Shown here: in pieces, positions 1-11,511 of the stretch
Position numbering within the stretch: the stretch's first letter is position 1
Layout of the letters: the number at the start of each line of letters is the position of its first letter
From: Candidatus Harrisonbacteria bacterium
Lineage (GTDB): Bacteria; Patescibacteriota; Minisyncoccia; UBA6257; 02-FULL-45-10c
Reading direction: 5' to 3'
Assembly: GCA_016192685.1 (NCBI GenBank)
Contig: JACPTS010000001.1
Coordinates: forward strand, 394,628 to 458,627
Length of the DNA: 64,000 nt
Notes under the pieces: generated by a model
Told to the model about the DNA's origin: nothing
Seen by the model: only the letters and a program-made list of their open reading frames with translations
Databases searched by the model: none
Program-made: the position numbers and the translations under genes

Positions 1-232
1 GGGAAGTCGATCCTAGTACGAGAGGACCGGATTGAATAGGCCTCTGGTCTACCAGCTTTGTTACCAAATGAAGCGCTGGGTAGCTATTGCCTAGACGGGA
101 TAAGTGCTGAAAGCATCTAAGCACGAAGCCTCGCCCAAGATTAAGTGTTAGGACCGTAGTAGACTACTACGTTGATAGGCTCTAGGTGTAAGGCCAGTAA
201 TGGTTTTAGCCGAGGAGTACTAATAATCCGAT
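1..232 (+). rRNA. rrl: 23S rRNA, 3' end (partial)
   Basis: Sarcin-ricin loop AGTACGAGAGGAC at about 15-27; conserved GCTGAAAGCATCTAAG and GTTGATAGG; 3' boundary approximate. Confidence 0.95.
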
Positions 233-326
233 TTTTTCTTACATAAGGCTTTGCGCAAGTGAAGTTTTATGTAAGAAATTTCTGACCTCTTAAGCCAGTA
301 CTCTAATTAGTTTTTCTCCAGTGACT

Positions 327-444
327 TTCCGGTGATTTAGCTTAGCGTGCCCTACCTCTTCCCATTCCGAACAGAGAAGTAAAAGCGCTAAGCGCTGATG
401 ATAGTTACGACTTCGAGTTGTAGCGAAAGTAGGCTTCGCCGGAA
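327..444 (+). rRNA. rrf: 5S rRNA
   Basis: CCCATTCCGAACA..GAAGTAAA core, closing helix TTCCGGTG/CGCCGGAA, flanked by processing stem TTTTTCTCCAGTGA/TCACTGGAGAAAAA (311-460). Confidence 0.92.
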
Positions 445-520
445 TATCACTGGAGAAAAAATAAAAAATTCCCTTATCGGGGGTTTTTTAATTTAAAAAA
501 ATAATTGTATAATTTCAATA

Positions 521-1288
521 ATGAGATTGCTCAAACAATTTTTATACGGCACTTTTTATCTTTTGATTTTGGCCGGAGTTTTGTGGGGGATTTACGCGAT
601 TACTTTGCGGCCGGCGCCGAGCTGTTTTGATAATCGTCAAAATGGCAAGGAGACCGGCGTGGATTGCGGCGGAGACTGCGTTTCCTGCGAGATTAAAAAT
701 CTTCAGCCGCTTTCTTTGTCGCCGGCGGCATTATTCAGCGCGGACAGAAATTTTTCCGCGAGCGCAGCATTACGCAATCCAAATTCTACTTACGGCGCGA
801 AGTTTGATTATGAAGTTAATTTTTTGGATGCTGGGGGAAAAGTTTTAAAAAATATTACAAATAAAGGATTTATTTATGCCGGAGAAGCTAAAAGTATTAT
901 TGAAGCCGGGGGGCGGATTACTACCGGCATTCCAGCGCGGGCGGAAATTAAATTAAATGAAGAAAGTGTTGCTTGGGAAAAGCCGCAGGATTTTTTCCAG
1001 CCGCCGCACAAAATTGGAGAATTATCCGCTGTTTTAGAAAATGAACAAGCGGTAATCAGCGGCAATGTGGCTAATTTAAATAATTATCCGCTATCTCGCG
1101 TGATAGCAAGCGGATTTTTAGTTGATAAGCTTGGTGTGAAAATTGGCGCGTCCAAAACTGAACTCCAAAATGTAGGGCCATTCCGGGTGGAGAGTTTTAA
1201 GATTTTTATTCCGGTGAGGAAAGATTTAATAAGCGCGGTGGATTTGGAAGCCACCGCGCAAAGTGTGTTTGTAGAGATACTTAAATAG
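521..1288 (+). CDS. Membrane-anchored hypothetical protein with Cys-rich motif
   Basis: N-terminal TM helix, SCFDNRQNGKETGVDCGGDC motif, then beta-rich domains. Confidence 0.7.
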   Translation: MRLLKQFLYGTFYLLILAGVLWGIYAITLRPAPSCFDNRQNGKETGVDCGGDCVSCEIKNLQPLSLSPAALFSADRNFSASAALRNPNSTYGAKFDYEVNFLDAGGKVLKNITNKGFIYAGEAKSIIEAGGRITTGIPARAEIKLNEESVAWEKPQDFFQPPHKIGELSAVLENEQAVISGNVANLNNYPLSRVIASGFLVDKLGVKIGASKTELQNVGPFRVESFKIFIPVRKDLISAVDLEATAQSVFVEILK

Positions 1289-1291
1289 AGT

Positions 1292-2362
1292 ATGTATTTA
1301 AAGCGTCTTGATTGGATTTTAAATTTTGGGATTATTTTTTTATTGGCGGCCGGATTGGTTTCGCTTTTTAGCACCGCGCCACGTTTGGCTTGGCTTCAAT
1401 TGTTGTGGGCGGTTTTGGGACTAGCAATTATTTTGGCGCTGGCGAATTTTGATTGGCGGCCGTTTGTAAATTATAGATGGTTTACTTTTGGATGTTATTG
1501 GTTATCAGTTATTTTGTTAATTGTTACATATGTGGTTGCTCCTCCGGTTCGCGGCGTGCGGGCTTGGCTGCCGCTCGGGCCGCTGCAGGTACAGACTTCC
1601 GAGCTTGCCAAAGTCGCTTTAATACTTTTATATTCATCTTTTTTTGCCAAGGGCCACATTAGCATTGCCCGTTTGAAAACTATCGGAGTATCATTTTTAT
1701 ATTTTTTAATTCCTGCTATTTTAGTTTTAATCCAGCCGGATTTGGGGACGGCGCTTATTCTTTTCAGTCTTTGGTTCGGCTATCTCTTGGTCAGCGGATT
1801 AAAATGGAAACATATTTTGTGGTCAAGTGCCGTTTTTATTGTAGTTATGATTCTAATGTGGTCATATGCCTTGAAGGATTATCAAAAAGAAAGAATTTTA
1901 GGCCTTTTTAATCCTTCGCGGGATCCGCTCGGCACTAATTACAGCGTGATTCAGTCTAAAATCGCTATTGGCTCTGCTGGATTCTTGGGCAAGGGTTTTC
2001 GGCAGGGAACGCAGGTCCAGCTGGGATTTTTGCCAGAAGCTCAAACTGATTTTATTTTCGCGGCTCTGATAGAAGAATTTGGCGTGGCGGCTGGCTTAGC
2101 AGTGGTTGGAGCGTTTTTACTGCTGCTTTTTGAAATTATGCGGATTGGGATTGGGGCGGATAATAATTTTTCTAAATTTATCTGCCTTGGAACGGCTATT
2201 ATTTTTTTAACCCATTTTATTTTAAATATCGGGTCTAATTTGGGATTAGTTCCCGTGGTGGGCGTGCCGTTTCCATTTTTAAGTTATGGGGGGTCTAATT
2301 TATTAGTCAGCGCGTTTTTGATCGGGATGATTCAGGGCGTTGTGGTGCATAAGAGATTTTAG
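1292..2362 (+). CDS. rodA: Rod shape-determining protein RodA (SEDS family)
   Basis: Multi-TM; Q.SELAK, LIQPDLGTA, QS.IAIGS.G, LPEAQTDFIF, PFLSYGGS. Confidence 0.92.
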   Translation: MYLKRLDWILNFGIIFLLAAGLVSLFSTAPRLAWLQLLWAVLGLAIILALANFDWRPFVNYRWFTFGCYWLSVILLIVTYVVAPPVRGVRAWLPLGPLQVQTSELAKVALILLYSSFFAKGHISIARLKTIGVSFLYFLIPAILVLIQPDLGTALILFSLWFGYLLVSGLKWKHILWSSAVFIVVMILMWSYALKDYQKERILGLFNPSRDPLGTNYSVIQSKIAIGSAGFLGKGFRQGTQVQLGFLPEAQTDFIFAALIEEFGVAAGLAVVGAFLLLLFEIMRIGIGADNNFSKFICLGTAIIFLTHFILNIGSNLGLVPVVGVPFPFLSYGGSNLLVSAFLIGMIQGVVVHKRF

Positions 2363-2460
2363 AATAATGAATAATGAATCATGAATAAGGTATCAGGTAT
2401 TAGGGGAAAAGAAAAAAGTCCATAATTCATAATTCCTGATTCATAATTCATATCCTAATT
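2363..2460. repeat. Heptamer tandem repeats arranged as an inverted pair
   Basis: ATAATGA-ATAATGA-ATCATGA... followed by complementary TCATAAT-TCCTGAT-TCATAAT. Confidence 0.75.
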
Positions 2461-2461
2461 T

Positions 2462-3430
2462 ATGCAAAGACTTCTATTTATATTTTGGACCAGTATCAGC
2501 TTAGTCATCGCCTTATTTTTATTTTTTCTTGGTTCGGCCGCGGCTAATTCGGATTATCGTTCGGTGGAAATTTTGCCCGGTACCGGTTTTAAAGAAATTG
2601 CCGGGCTGTTAGAAAACCAAAAAATCATCCGTTCCAGAAACACCTTTTTGATTTATGGAATTTTATCCGGTTCGGCGCATCAGTTAAAGCCGGGAAATTA
2701 TTTATTAAGCGCCGGTTCCAGCACGCCAGCCATTGTTTTGTCATTAACCCGCGGGCCGGAAATTGATAGAGAAATCACTTTTCCGGAGGGGGTAACTTTA
2801 AAAGATATTGACACGATGCTTGCCAGAGAAAAAATTTTGCCGGCCGGAGCGCTGATTAATCTCAATAAATCCAGAGATAAAGGATTAGAAGGATTTTTAT
2901 TTCCTGATACTTATAGGTTTTTTATAAATAGCAATACGGAGCAAGCAGTAAGGAAATTTTTGGATAATTTTGAAAAAAAAGCCGTCCCGCTGTTGGGGAA
3001 GTGTCTAGTATCAAGCGGCAAGTGTCAAGAATTATTAACCATTGCTTCTTTATTGGAAAAGGAGGCGCCGGAGTTTAGAGACAGGCAGATAATCGCTGGC
3101 ATTATTTATAAAAGATTGGAAGCCGGCATTGCTTTGCATATTGATGCCACTATTACTTACGCTAAATGTGGCGGCGCGTTTTTAACTTGCGATGACCCGA
3201 AAGTTTATCGTAAAGATTTAGATTTTCAATCAAGGTACAATACTTATCTATATAACGGCTTGCCGCCCGGACCAATCGGCAACCCGGGCTTAGAAGCGAT
3301 TAAAGCCGCGCTAAATCCCATTAAGTCGGAATATCTTTATTATCTTTCCGACCCGAAAACCAAAAAAACCATTTTCAGCCAAACTTTAGAAGAACATATT
3401 GAGAATCGGGCGAAATATTTAGGGGTTTAA
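2462..3430 (+). CDS. mltG: Endolytic transglycosylase MltG (YceG)
   Basis: LEGFLFPDTY, IASLLEKEA, S.YNTYLY.GLPPGPIGNPG. Confidence 0.93.
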   Translation: MQRLLFIFWTSISLVIALFLFFLGSAAANSDYRSVEILPGTGFKEIAGLLENQKIIRSRNTFLIYGILSGSAHQLKPGNYLLSAGSSTPAIVLSLTRGPEIDREITFPEGVTLKDIDTMLAREKILPAGALINLNKSRDKGLEGFLFPDTYRFFINSNTEQAVRKFLDNFEKKAVPLLGKCLVSSGKCQELLTIASLLEKEAPEFRDRQIIAGIIYKRLEAGIALHIDATITYAKCGGAFLTCDDPKVYRKDLDFQSRYNTYLYNGLPPGPIGNPGLEAIKAALNPIKSEYLYYLSDPKTKKTIFSQTLEEHIENRAKYLGV

Positions 3431-3451
3431 TAAAAAGCCATGTGAGTAAGT

Positions 3452-3517
3452 TGTGGATAATTCAATATTTTAAAGCTATCCGCAATGCTTGACAGAAAAT
3501 TAGTAGTGCGCTATAAT
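3452..3517 (+). promoter_or_regulatory. Consensus sigma70 promoter for rpoBC with upstream DnaA box
   Basis: TTGACA (3489)-17 bp-TATAAT (3512); TGTGGATAA (reverse complement of TTATCCACA) at 3452-3460. Confidence 0.75.
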
Positions 3518-3663
3518 ATTACTTACGTGTTTTGTATACAGAAATTAGCCGTTTTTTAGAGGGGTGGTTTTTATTTATTCTGGATAATTAATTTTATTTT
3601 TTACGGAGGTCTTAGTCTCTAGGAAAATTTATTTGCTAAAAAATAATTTTTCCAATTTTTAAA

Positions 3664-6600
3664 ATGCCAAAACTTCCAGCCAAAGTTTTTTCTAGCCATC
3701 CGGGCGCTTTAATGGCCCAGCCAAATTTGGTAGAAATTCAAACCAATTCCTATAACTGGTTTTTAAATAACGGTTTGAAAGAGCTTTTTGAAGAAGTGTC
3801 GCCAATCAAAGATTATACCGGAAAAGACTTAGAGCTGCATTTTAAGGATTTTTATTTTGATGAGCCGAAATATGACGAAGAATATTCCCGCTATAAAGAT
3901 CTGACTTATGAATCGGCTCTTCGGGTGAAGTTTCAACTGATAAATCGAAGGACGAAAGACAAAAAAGAGCAGGAAGTTTATCTTGGCGATTTTCCGGTGA
4001 TGACTTCCCGCGGCACTTTCATTATTAATGGGGTGGAGCGGGTAGTAGTTTCCCAGCTAATCCGCTCTTCCGGGGTTTACTTTACCGCCAATGTTTGGAA
4101 GGGGCGGAAGCTTTTTGGAGCTAAAATAATTCCGAATCGCGGAGTTTGGATTGAATTTGAAACCGATGCCGACGGTTTAATTGGCGTTAAAATTGACCGT
4201 AAGCGCAAAGCTCCCGCTACTGCCATGCTTAGAATTTTCGGATTGGAGGATAACGCGGAAATCGCGGACACTTTTAGCGATGTTGATACCGGAGAAATAA
4301 AATATCTTCAGACTACGCTTAAAAAAGATTCCGCCAAATCAGCCGACGATTCGTATATTGAAATTTATAAAAGAATCCGGCCGGGAGATTTGGCCACGCC
4401 GGAAAATGCCAAAAGTTTGATTGACGCCATGCTTACCCGGTTTGACCGCTATGATTTATCGCAAGTCGGAAGATTTAAAGTCAATCAGCGGCTCGGCCTG
4501 AACAGCCAAAATCGGATGCTGGAGCTTCAGGATATCATTGCTATTTTAAAAGAAGTGATTCGTTTGAATAATAATCAGTCGGTTGAGCCGGATGATATAG
4601 ACCATTTGGGTAATCGCCGGGTGCGGCCGGTGGGAGAACTTCTGCAAAATAAACTCCGGGTGGGGCTGGCCAGAATGCGGCGCATTGTTCAGGATAGAAT
4701 GTCCACTTTAGACATTAATACCCTGTCGTCAGTGCAGCTGGTTAATTCCCGGCCGATTGTTTCGGTGGTAAAAGAATTTTTCTCTTCTTCCCAACTTTCT
4801 CAATTTATGGATCAGGTGAATCCGCTGGCGGAATTGGAGCATAAACGGAGAATTTCGGCTATGGGCCCCGGCGGTTTAACCCGTGAACGGGCTGGTTTTG
4901 AGGTGCGTGATGTGCATAGTTCCCACTATGGCCGGATTTGCCCGATTGAAACTCCGGAAGGATCCAATATCGGCTTGGTGAATCATTTAGCCGGCTATGC
5001 CCGGGTGAATGAGCTCGGATTTTTGGAGACGCCCTACGTTGCCGTTGAAAAAGGAAAGATAACTTCTAAAATTGTCTGGCTGAATGCTTTAGAAGAAGAA
5101 AAATATAAAATTGCCCACGCGGGTGTGCCATTTAATCCGGAAACCAAAGAAATTATTCCTGAAGTGGTGGGCGCCAGAATTAACGGCGAGCCGGGCACCT
5201 GCTTGAAAAGCGAGGTGGATTTTATTGATGTGGCGCCAAATCAATTAATCAGCATTGCCACCGCCTTAATTCCTTTTTTGGAGCATGATGATGCCAACCG
5301 GGCTTTGATGGGTTCTAACATGCAGCGGCAGGCAGTGGTTTCAATAATGGCGGAAGCTCCCTATGTCGGTACGGGCATGGAAGAAAAGGCGGCGCGCGAC
5401 TCCGGGCATCTGCTTTTAGCCGAGGCGGCGGGAGAAATAACCGCGGTGGATGCTAATCGTATAATTCTTAAAACCAAATCAGGAGCGAAAAAATATGTTT
5501 TAAATAAATTCAAACGGTCTAACCAGTACACCTGTATTTCTCAGCGGCCGCTGATCAGTCGCGGCCAAAAGGTTAAAAAAGGAGAAGCGCTGGCTGACGG
5601 TCCCTCCATGGAAAACGGCGTTCTGGCCCTTGGCCAGAATTTAGTGGTGGCTTTTGTTCCTTGGGAAGGGGCTAACTTTGAAGACGCTATTGTGCTTTCC
5701 GAACGGGCAGTTCAGCGCGATAAATTCACCTCAATCCATATTGAAGATTTTTATATTGATGTCCGGGATACCAAGCTTGGTCCGGAACTTACCACTCCGG
5801 ATATTCCTAATGTTTCTGAGGAAAAGTTGAAGAATTTGGATGAGGAAGGAATTATCCGGATTGGCGCCGAAGTGCGCTCCGGCGATATTTTAGTCGGTAA
5901 AATTTCTCCCAAAGGCGAAAGCGAGCTGACCGCGGAAGAAAGATTGCTTCGGGCAATTTTCGGCGAGAAAGCCCGAGACGTAAAAGATACTTCTTTATCC
6001 ATGCCGCACGGAAAATTCGGCCATGTGGTCGGCATTAAGATTTTTGACCGGGAGCGCGGCGATAAGCTGGAGCCGGGAATTATCAAGCGGGTGCAGGTGG
6101 AAGTTGCCCAGCTTCGGAAGGTGATGGCGGGCGATAAATTAGCCGGCCGCCATGGCAATAAGGGCGTTATTTCCCAGGTGCGTCCGATAGAAGATATGCC
6201 TTATCTGGAAGACGGGACGCCGGTGGATATTGTTTTAAATCCGCTTGGCGTTGCTTCTCGTATGAATTTAGGCCAGGTTTTAGAAACTCATTTGGGATGG
6301 GCAGCGGCGAAACTCGGCTATCGCGCTTATACGCCGGCGCTTTCCGGCGCCAGCTGGCAGCAAATTCAGGAGGAGCTGGAAAAAGCCGGTTTGCCGAAAT
6401 CCGGAAAAGTGAAATTGCATGACGGACGGACCGGCAAGCCATTCCATCAAGAAGTGACGGTCGGCGTTATTTATATGATGAAGCTTAATCATTTAGTGGA
6501 AGATAAAATTCATATGCGTTCCATCGGCCCGTATTCTTTAATTACGCAGCAGCCGCTGGGCGGCAAAGCGCAGTTTGGCGGCCAGCGTTTCGGCGAAATG

Positions 6601-6846
6601 GAGGTTTGGGCGTTGGAAGGTTATGGCGCGGCGCATACGCTTCAGGAAATGCTTACGATTAAATCGGACGATGTTCTGGGGCGTTCGGCTGCTTATGAAT
6701 CAATTATTCGCGGCGAGCCCATTCGGAGTCCGAATATTCCGGCATCATTTAATGTTTTAGTCAGTGAGTTAAAAGCGCTTGGCTTAAATGTGGAATTGCT
6801 TGGCGCCGATGGCCAAGTCGGGGAAAGAAAGCCAAGAAGAAAATAA
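3664..6846 (+). CDS. rpoB: RNA polymerase beta subunit
   Basis: GTFIINGVERVVVSQ, DDIDHLGNRR, GDKLAGRHGNKGV, GGQRFGEMEVWALE. Confidence 0.99.
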   Translation: MPKLPAKVFSSHPGALMAQPNLVEIQTNSYNWFLNNGLKELFEEVSPIKDYTGKDLELHFKDFYFDEPKYDEEYSRYKDLTYESALRVKFQLINRRTKDKKEQEVYLGDFPVMTSRGTFIINGVERVVVSQLIRSSGVYFTANVWKGRKLFGAKIIPNRGVWIEFETDADGLIGVKIDRKRKAPATAMLRIFGLEDNAEIADTFSDVDTGEIKYLQTTLKKDSAKSADDSYIEIYKRIRPGDLATPENAKSLIDAMLTRFDRYDLSQVGRFKVNQRLGLNSQNRMLELQDIIAILKEVIRLNNNQSVEPDDIDHLGNRRVRPVGELLQNKLRVGLARMRRIVQDRMSTLDINTLSSVQLVNSRPIVSVVKEFFSSSQLSQFMDQVNPLAELEHKRRISAMGPGGLTRERAGFEVRDVHSSHYGRICPIETPEGSNIGLVNHLAGYARVNELGFLETPYVAVEKGKITSKIVWLNALEEEKYKIAHAGVPFNPETKEIIPEVVGARINGEPGTCLKSEVDFIDVAPNQLISIATALIPFLEHDDANRALMGSNMQRQAVVSIMAEAPYVGTGMEEKAARDSGHLLLAEAAGEITAVDANRIILKTKSGAKKYVLNKFKRSNQYTCISQRPLISRGQKVKKGEALADGPSMENGVLALGQNLVVAFVPWEGANFEDAIVLSERAVQRDKFTSIHIEDFYIDVRDTKLGPELTTPDIPNVSEEKLKNLDEEGIIRIGAEVRSGDILVGKISPKGESELTAEERLLRAIFGEKARDVKDTSLSMPHGKFGHVVGIKIFDRERGDKLEPGIIKRVQVEVAQLRKVMAGDKLAGRHGNKGVISQVRPIEDMPYLEDGTPVDIVLNPLGVASRMNLGQVLETHLGWAAAKLGYRAYTPALSGASWQQIQEELEKAGLPKSGKVKLHDGRTGKPFHQEVTVGVIYMMKLNHLVEDKIHMRSIGPYSLITQQPLGGKAQFGGQRFGEMEVWALEGYGAAHTLQEMLTIKSDDVLGRSAAYESIIRGEPIRSPNIPASFNVLVSELKALGLNVELLGADGQVGERKPRRK

Positions 6847-6848
6847 AA

Positions 6849-9800
6849 ATGGATAATTTAAAAGCCTTAAAACTAAAAATTGCTTCTCCGGACGACATTT
6901 TAACTTGGTCGCATGGGGAAATTATTAAGCCGGAAACAATTAATTACCGCACTCAACGGCCGGAAAAAGACGGCCTTTTCTCGGAGAGAATTTTCGGCCC
7001 GACCAAGGACTGGGAATGTTATTGCGGAAAATACCGGCGTATCCGTTATAAGGGTATTGTTTGTGACCGCTGCGGAGTGGAGGTTACCCGTTCTATCGTG
7101 CGGCGCGAGCGGATGGGGCATATAAAGCTCGCGACGCCGGTTTCTCATATCTGGTTTTTACGCAGCGCGCCTTCCAAATTAAGCTTGGTTTTGGATGTGC
7201 CGGTGCCTAAGCTGGAAAAAGTTGTTTATTATATTTCTTATATTATTACCGCCGTTAATGAGGATAATCGGGAACGGGTTCTTAAGGAATTGGAAAAAGA
7301 ATTTGATTCCCGGAAAAAGACTGCCCGTAAGGAAGGGGTGAAGACTGCCGATTTGCGTTCCGGCCTTTCGGAAAGCAAAAAGGAGGTGGAATATTTAAAA
7401 ACCGGAGCGATTTTAAGCCAGATGGAATTTCATCATTTAGCCAGAAAATACGGCGATGTTTTTGAAGCCGGCACCGGAGCCGAAGCCCTGCGGAAAATTT
7501 TGGAAGAAGTTAATTTAGAGAAATTAGTCAAACAAGTGGAAAAAGAACTGGAAACTAACAAAGACAATCTTCGGGAGCGCCGGCTTTTAAAGCGCCTTAA
7601 GCTGGCCAAATCCATGCTTAAAGAAAAAATGAGGCCCGAATGGATGATTTTGACTACTTTGCCGGTGTTGCCGCCGGATTTGCGCCCGATGGTGGCTTTG
7701 GATGGCGGCCGCTATGCCACTTCTGATTTAAACGATCTTTACCGCCGGGTTATCAATCGGAATAACCGGTTAAAGAAACTTTTGGAATTAAACGCTCCGG
7801 AAGTGATTATCACTAATGAAAAAAGGATGCTCCAAGAATCAGTGGATGCTTTATTTGATAACTCGGTTCGTTTTGGGACTCAGCAAATGTCCAGCCAGCG
7901 CCGCCCGCTTCAATCCTTATCAGACCAGCTAAAGGGAAAAACCGGCCGTTTCCGGCAAAATCTGCTTGGAAAACGGGTAGATTATTCCGGCCGCTCGGTA
8001 ATCGTTATTGGTCCGGATTTGAAAATCAATGAGTGCGGTTTGCCCAAAAAAATGGCTTTGGAACTTTTTAAGCCGTTTGTGATTAATAAAATTATTGAAC
8101 GGGGACTGGCCCATAATATCAGGAATTCCAACAGGCTGATTGAGCAGGCGCCGCCGGAAATTTGGGCAATTCTGGAAGAGGTGATTGCGGACCGCAAAGT
8201 GCTTTTAAACCGGGCGCCGACCCTGCATCGCCTTGGTGTTCAGGCTTTTAAGCCGGTTTTGATTGAAGATTTGGCGATTCGGATTCCGCCGATGGTCTGC
8301 ACGGCTTTTAACGCGGACTTTGACGGCGACCAAATGGCGGTGCATTTGCCGCTTTCGGCGGAAGCCCAGAAAGAAGCATCGGAAATTATGCTTTCCAGCC
8401 ACAATCTTTTAAAACCCGCCACCGGCGACCCGATTGTTTATCCAACCCAGGATATCATTCTCGGGATTTATTTCTTAACTAAAATTAATAAAAACGGCAA
8501 AGGGGCCGGTTTGAATTTTGCCAGTCCGGAAGAAGCCAATGTAGCTTATGAAAACGGCATAATTGACGTTAACTCGCCAATCCAGACGGTTTGGAATGGC
8601 GGAAAGCTGGAAACTTCTTATGGCCGGATTCTTTTCAACAGCGTTTTGCCGGAAGGGCTCGGCTTCATTAATAAAATGTTCCGCAAGAAAGATGTTACTG
8701 TGCTGGTTGGAGAAATTATTCATCGATATGGCAATGAGGATTCCGGCAAGTATTTGGACGCGATGAAAAAGCTGGGATTTGAGTATGCCACCCGTTCCGG
8801 AATCACTTGGTCAATGAGCGATTTAACGACACCAAGCGAAAAGCCGGCGATGCTCGTCAAAGCCGAACAGGAAGTGGCGGCTATCCGCCAGCAGTATGAA
8901 GAAGGATTGCTTACGGATTCGGAGCGGCGAGCCAGAGTTTTAAGCGTCTGGGAAAAAGTAAAAGAAGCCGTCAGTAAATTAGTTCCTCAATCTTTGTCGG
9001 AACATAACCCGATTTATTCCATCATTGATTCGGGGGCGCGGGGAACCTGGTCTCAGCCGGTGCAGATGATTGGCATGAAAGGTTTGGTGGCTAATCCTAA
9101 AAACGAAACTATTGAATTGCCGATTAAATCTTCGTATAAAGAAGGGCTTTCGGTGCTGGAATTTTTCATTAATACCCATAGCGCCAGAAAAGGAACCACC
9201 GATACCGCTTTAAAAACCGCTTCAGCCGGCTACTTAACCCGGCGCTTAGTTGATGTCTCGCAAGATTTAGTCATTAGAGAAGAAGACTGCAAAACTAAAG
9301 AAGGGATTGAGATTGCCAGGGCGGAACGGGAGCAGTTCGGATTAGATTTCGGCGACCAATTATTTTCCAGAACGGCATTGGAAGATATTAAGATTGACGG
9401 GAAGACCCTGATTAAATCCGGAGAGGTTATTGACAGAGAAACCGCCAATCTTTTTAAAGCTTCCAAGGTTGAGATGGTAAAAGTGCGTTCCCCGATTGTC
9501 TGCCGAACTCTATATGGCGTTTGCTCCAAGTGTTATGGTTTTGATCTCGGTAATAATCAGCTGATTAAGCCCGGATCGGCAGTGGGCATTGTGGCCGCCC
9601 AATCTATCGGAGAGCCGGGAACACAGCTGACCATGAGAACTTTTCATACCGGCGGCGTGGCCGGAACCGATATTACCCACGGTTTGCCGCGGGTAGAAGA
9701 GATTTTTGAATGCCGGCCGCCGAAAGGGCGCGCGTTTTTGGCGGAAGATGACGGAGTGATTGACGGCATTGAAGAAAAAGGACTTTTAAAAAATATTCGG

Positions 9801-10427
9801 CTTAAAAATCAAAAAGGGAAAAAGGAAAAAATTTACGAATATCTGGTGCCCCGCCTTTCCGTAATTTTTGTTAAAACCGGAGACACGGTCAAGAAAGGAG
9901 ACCAGCTTTCCGAAGGCGCCCTGGATCTGAAAGAATTATTCAATTTAAAAGGCAGCCGGGCAGTGGAGCAATACGTGGTTAATGAAGTGTTAAGGATTTA
10001 TGTTTCTGAAGGAGCGACTATTAATAATAAGCATATTGAAATTATCGTCCGCCAGATGTTTTCCCGGGTGAAAATCAAAGAATCAGGCGGCACGGAGTTT
10101 GTCGGCGGCGAAATTGTGGAAAAATCCCGCTTTTTAGAAGTTAACCGGGAAGTAAAAAAAGCCGGCAAGCAGCCGGCGAAAGCCCAGCAGCTTTTGCTGG
10201 GAATCACGAAAGTGGCTCTTTCTACCCAGAGTTTTCTTTCCGCCGCTTCTTTCCAGGAAACAGCCAGAGTGCTTATTTCGGCTGCCAGCGAAGGAAAGTC
10301 GGATTTGCTCCGCGGCCTGAAAGAAAATGTCATTATTGGCAAATTAATACCGGTTGGGACCGGCTATCCGGGTTTAGTAAAAGAAGCGTCAAACGAGGCG
10401 ATTGACGAAGAAGAGGCGGTAAGTTAA
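6849..10427 (+). CDS. rpoC: RNA polymerase beta' subunit
   Basis: [12 protein letters not shown] catalytic motif, Zn-binding [23 protein letters not shown]. Confidence 0.99.
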   Translation: MDNLKALKLKIASPDDILTWSHGEIIKPETINYRTQRPEKDGLFSERIFGPTKDWECYCGKYRRIRYKGIVCDRCGVEVTRSIVRRERMGHIKLATPVSHIWFLRSAPSKLSLVLDVPVPKLEKVVYYISYIITAVNEDNRERVLKELEKEFDSRKKTARKEGVKTADLRSGLSESKKEVEYLKTGAILSQMEFHHLARKYGDVFEAGTGAEALRKILEEVNLEKLVKQVEKELETNKDNLRERRLLKRLKLAKSMLKEKMRPEWMILTTLPVLPPDLRPMVALDGGRYATSDLNDLYRRVINRNNRLKKLLELNAPEVIITNEKRMLQESVDALFDNSVRFGTQQMSSQRRPLQSLSDQLKGKTGRFRQNLLGKRVDYSGRSVIVIGPDLKINECGLPKKMALELFKPFVINKIIERGLAHNIRNSNRLIEQAPPEIWAILEEVIADRKVLLNRAPTLHRLGVQAFKPVLIEDLAIRIPPMVCTAFNADFDGDQMAVHLPLSAEAQKEASEIMLSSHNLLKPATGDPIVYPTQDIILGIYFLTKINKNGKGAGLNFASPEEANVAYENGIIDVNSPIQTVWNGGKLETSYGRILFNSVLPEGLGFINKMFRKKDVTVLVGEIIHRYGNEDSGKYLDAMKKLGFEYATRSGITWSMSDLTTPSEKPAMLVKAEQEVAAIRQQYEEGLLTDSERRARVLSVWEKVKEAVSKLVPQSLSEHNPIYSIIDSGARGTWSQPVQMIGMKGLVANPKNETIELPIKSSYKEGLSVLEFFINTHSARKGTTDTALKTASAGYLTRRLVDVSQDLVIREEDCKTKEGIEIARAEREQFGLDFGDQLFSRTALEDIKIDGKTLIKSGEVIDRETANLFKASKVEMVKVRSPIVCRTLYGVCSKCYGFDLGNNQLIKPGSAVGIVAAQSIGEPGTQLTMRTFHTGGVAGTDITHGLPRVEEIFECRPPKGRAFLAEDDGVIDGIEEKGLLKNIRLKNQKGKKEKIYEYLVPRLSVIFVKTGDTVKKGDQLSEGALDLKELFNLKGSRAVEQYVVNEVLRIYVSEGATINNKHIEIIVRQMFSRVKIKESGGTEFVGGEIVEKSRFLEVNREVKKAGKQPAKAQQLLLGITKVALSTQSFLSAASFQETARVLISAASEGKSDLLRGLKENVIIGKLIPVGTGYPGLVKEASNEAIDEEEAVS

Positions 10428-10438
10428 ACTATCCTAAA

Positions 10439-10864
10439 ATGGATAAAGATAAAGAAAAAAAAGAGTATGAGATTGCGATTCTCGCAAAAATGCCGGAGGT
10501 ATCTGCCGTAACAGATATTTTGAACCAATATCGGGCGGAAATATTTTATCAGAGCCCGGTTACTGAAGTTCGGCTAGCTTATCCGATTAAAAAACAACGG
10601 CAGGCTTATTTTGGCTTTTTTCAATTTCGGGCAGAACCGGAAGCCGTGGAAAAAATCCAGCAGGCCCTAAAGCTCAATTCGTCAATTTTAAGATTTTTGG
10701 CGGTTTCTTCGCCGATTAAAAAATCAGAAAAATTGCAACGCCCAGCCGCGGAAATAAAATATTCCCGGAGCAAACCGGAGCCAGCGGCGGCTGAAAGCGT
10801 GCCGCTCGGCGGAATTTTAACCAATGAAGCTTTGGAAGAAAAGTTAGAAGAAATACTTAAATAA
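10439..10864 (+). CDS. rpsF: 30S ribosomal protein S6
   Basis: YEI..L, RLAYPIKK, ILRFL; rpsF-ssb-rpsR order. Confidence 0.9.
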   Translation: MDKDKEKKEYEIAILAKMPEVSAVTDILNQYRAEIFYQSPVTEVRLAYPIKKQRQAYFGFFQFRAEPEAVEKIQQALKLNSSILRFLAVSSPIKKSEKLQRPAAEIKYSRSKPEPAAAESVPLGGILTNEALEEKLEEILK

Positions 10865-10869
10865 ATGTT

Positions 10870-11295
10870 ATGAATCTCAATAAAGTATTTATTTTAGGAA
10901 GATTAACCGTTGATCCGCAGCTGCGATCTACCGCCAGCGGCCAGCAAGTAGCGAGTTTTGGCGTTGCTACTAATCGGGTTTGGAATGATAAAAGCGGCCA
11001 GCGCCAAGAGGCGGTTGAATTCCATAATGTGGTAGTTTGGGGCAGGCAAGCGGAAGTGGCCAGCCAATATTTAACCAAAGGCAGTTTAGTTTTAGTTGAG
11101 GGCAGGCTGCAAACCAGGGATTGGGAAGGAAAAGACGGCCAAAAACGAAGGACTACCGAAATTATCGGAGAAAGAATCCAATTGGGGCCGAAGCCGTTTG
11201 GCAAAAGCGTTAAAGAAAATCCGGCTCCGGATTCTTCAGTCCCCACTGTTAATTTAGATGAAGGAGAAATTAAATCGGAAGACCTCCCCTTTTAA
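10870..11295 (+). CDS. ssb: Single-stranded DNA-binding protein
   Basis: NKVFILGRLT.DP, VEGRLQTR.W, C-terminal DLPF. Confidence 0.97.
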   Translation: MNLNKVFILGRLTVDPQLRSTASGQQVASFGVATNRVWNDKSGQRQEAVEFHNVVVWGRQAEVASQYLTKGSLVLVEGRLQTRDWEGKDGQKRRTTEIIGERIQLGPKPFGKSVKENPAPDSSVPTVNLDEGEIKSEDLPF

Positions 11296-11310
11296 ACGGC
11301 TCTTAAACCT

Positions 11311-11511
11311 ATGAGACAATGTTACTTTTGCTCCCAAAATTTTAAAGACATTGATTATAAAGAAGCCGAACTTTTAAAGCGGTTTATTTCCGGCCAGGCA
11401 AAAATTATTGACCCGAAATTTACCGGTACCTGCGCGAAGCACCAGCGGGCGCTGGCCAAATCCATCAAACGCTCGCGATTTTTGGGATTGCTGCCATTTA
11501 CAAGGAGATAA
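11311..11511 (+). CDS. rpsR: 30S ribosomal protein S18
   Basis: CYFC, IDYK...LKRFIS, TGTCAKHQR..A..IKRSR..GLLPF. Confidence 0.96.
   Translation: MRQCYFCSQNFKDIDYKEAELLKRFISGQAKIIDPKFTGTCAKHQRALAKSIKRSRFLGLLPFTRR

Noticed and set aside
3452-3460. Replication origin near the DnaA box
   Set aside because: Only a single box, no cluster and no dnaA gene in the window
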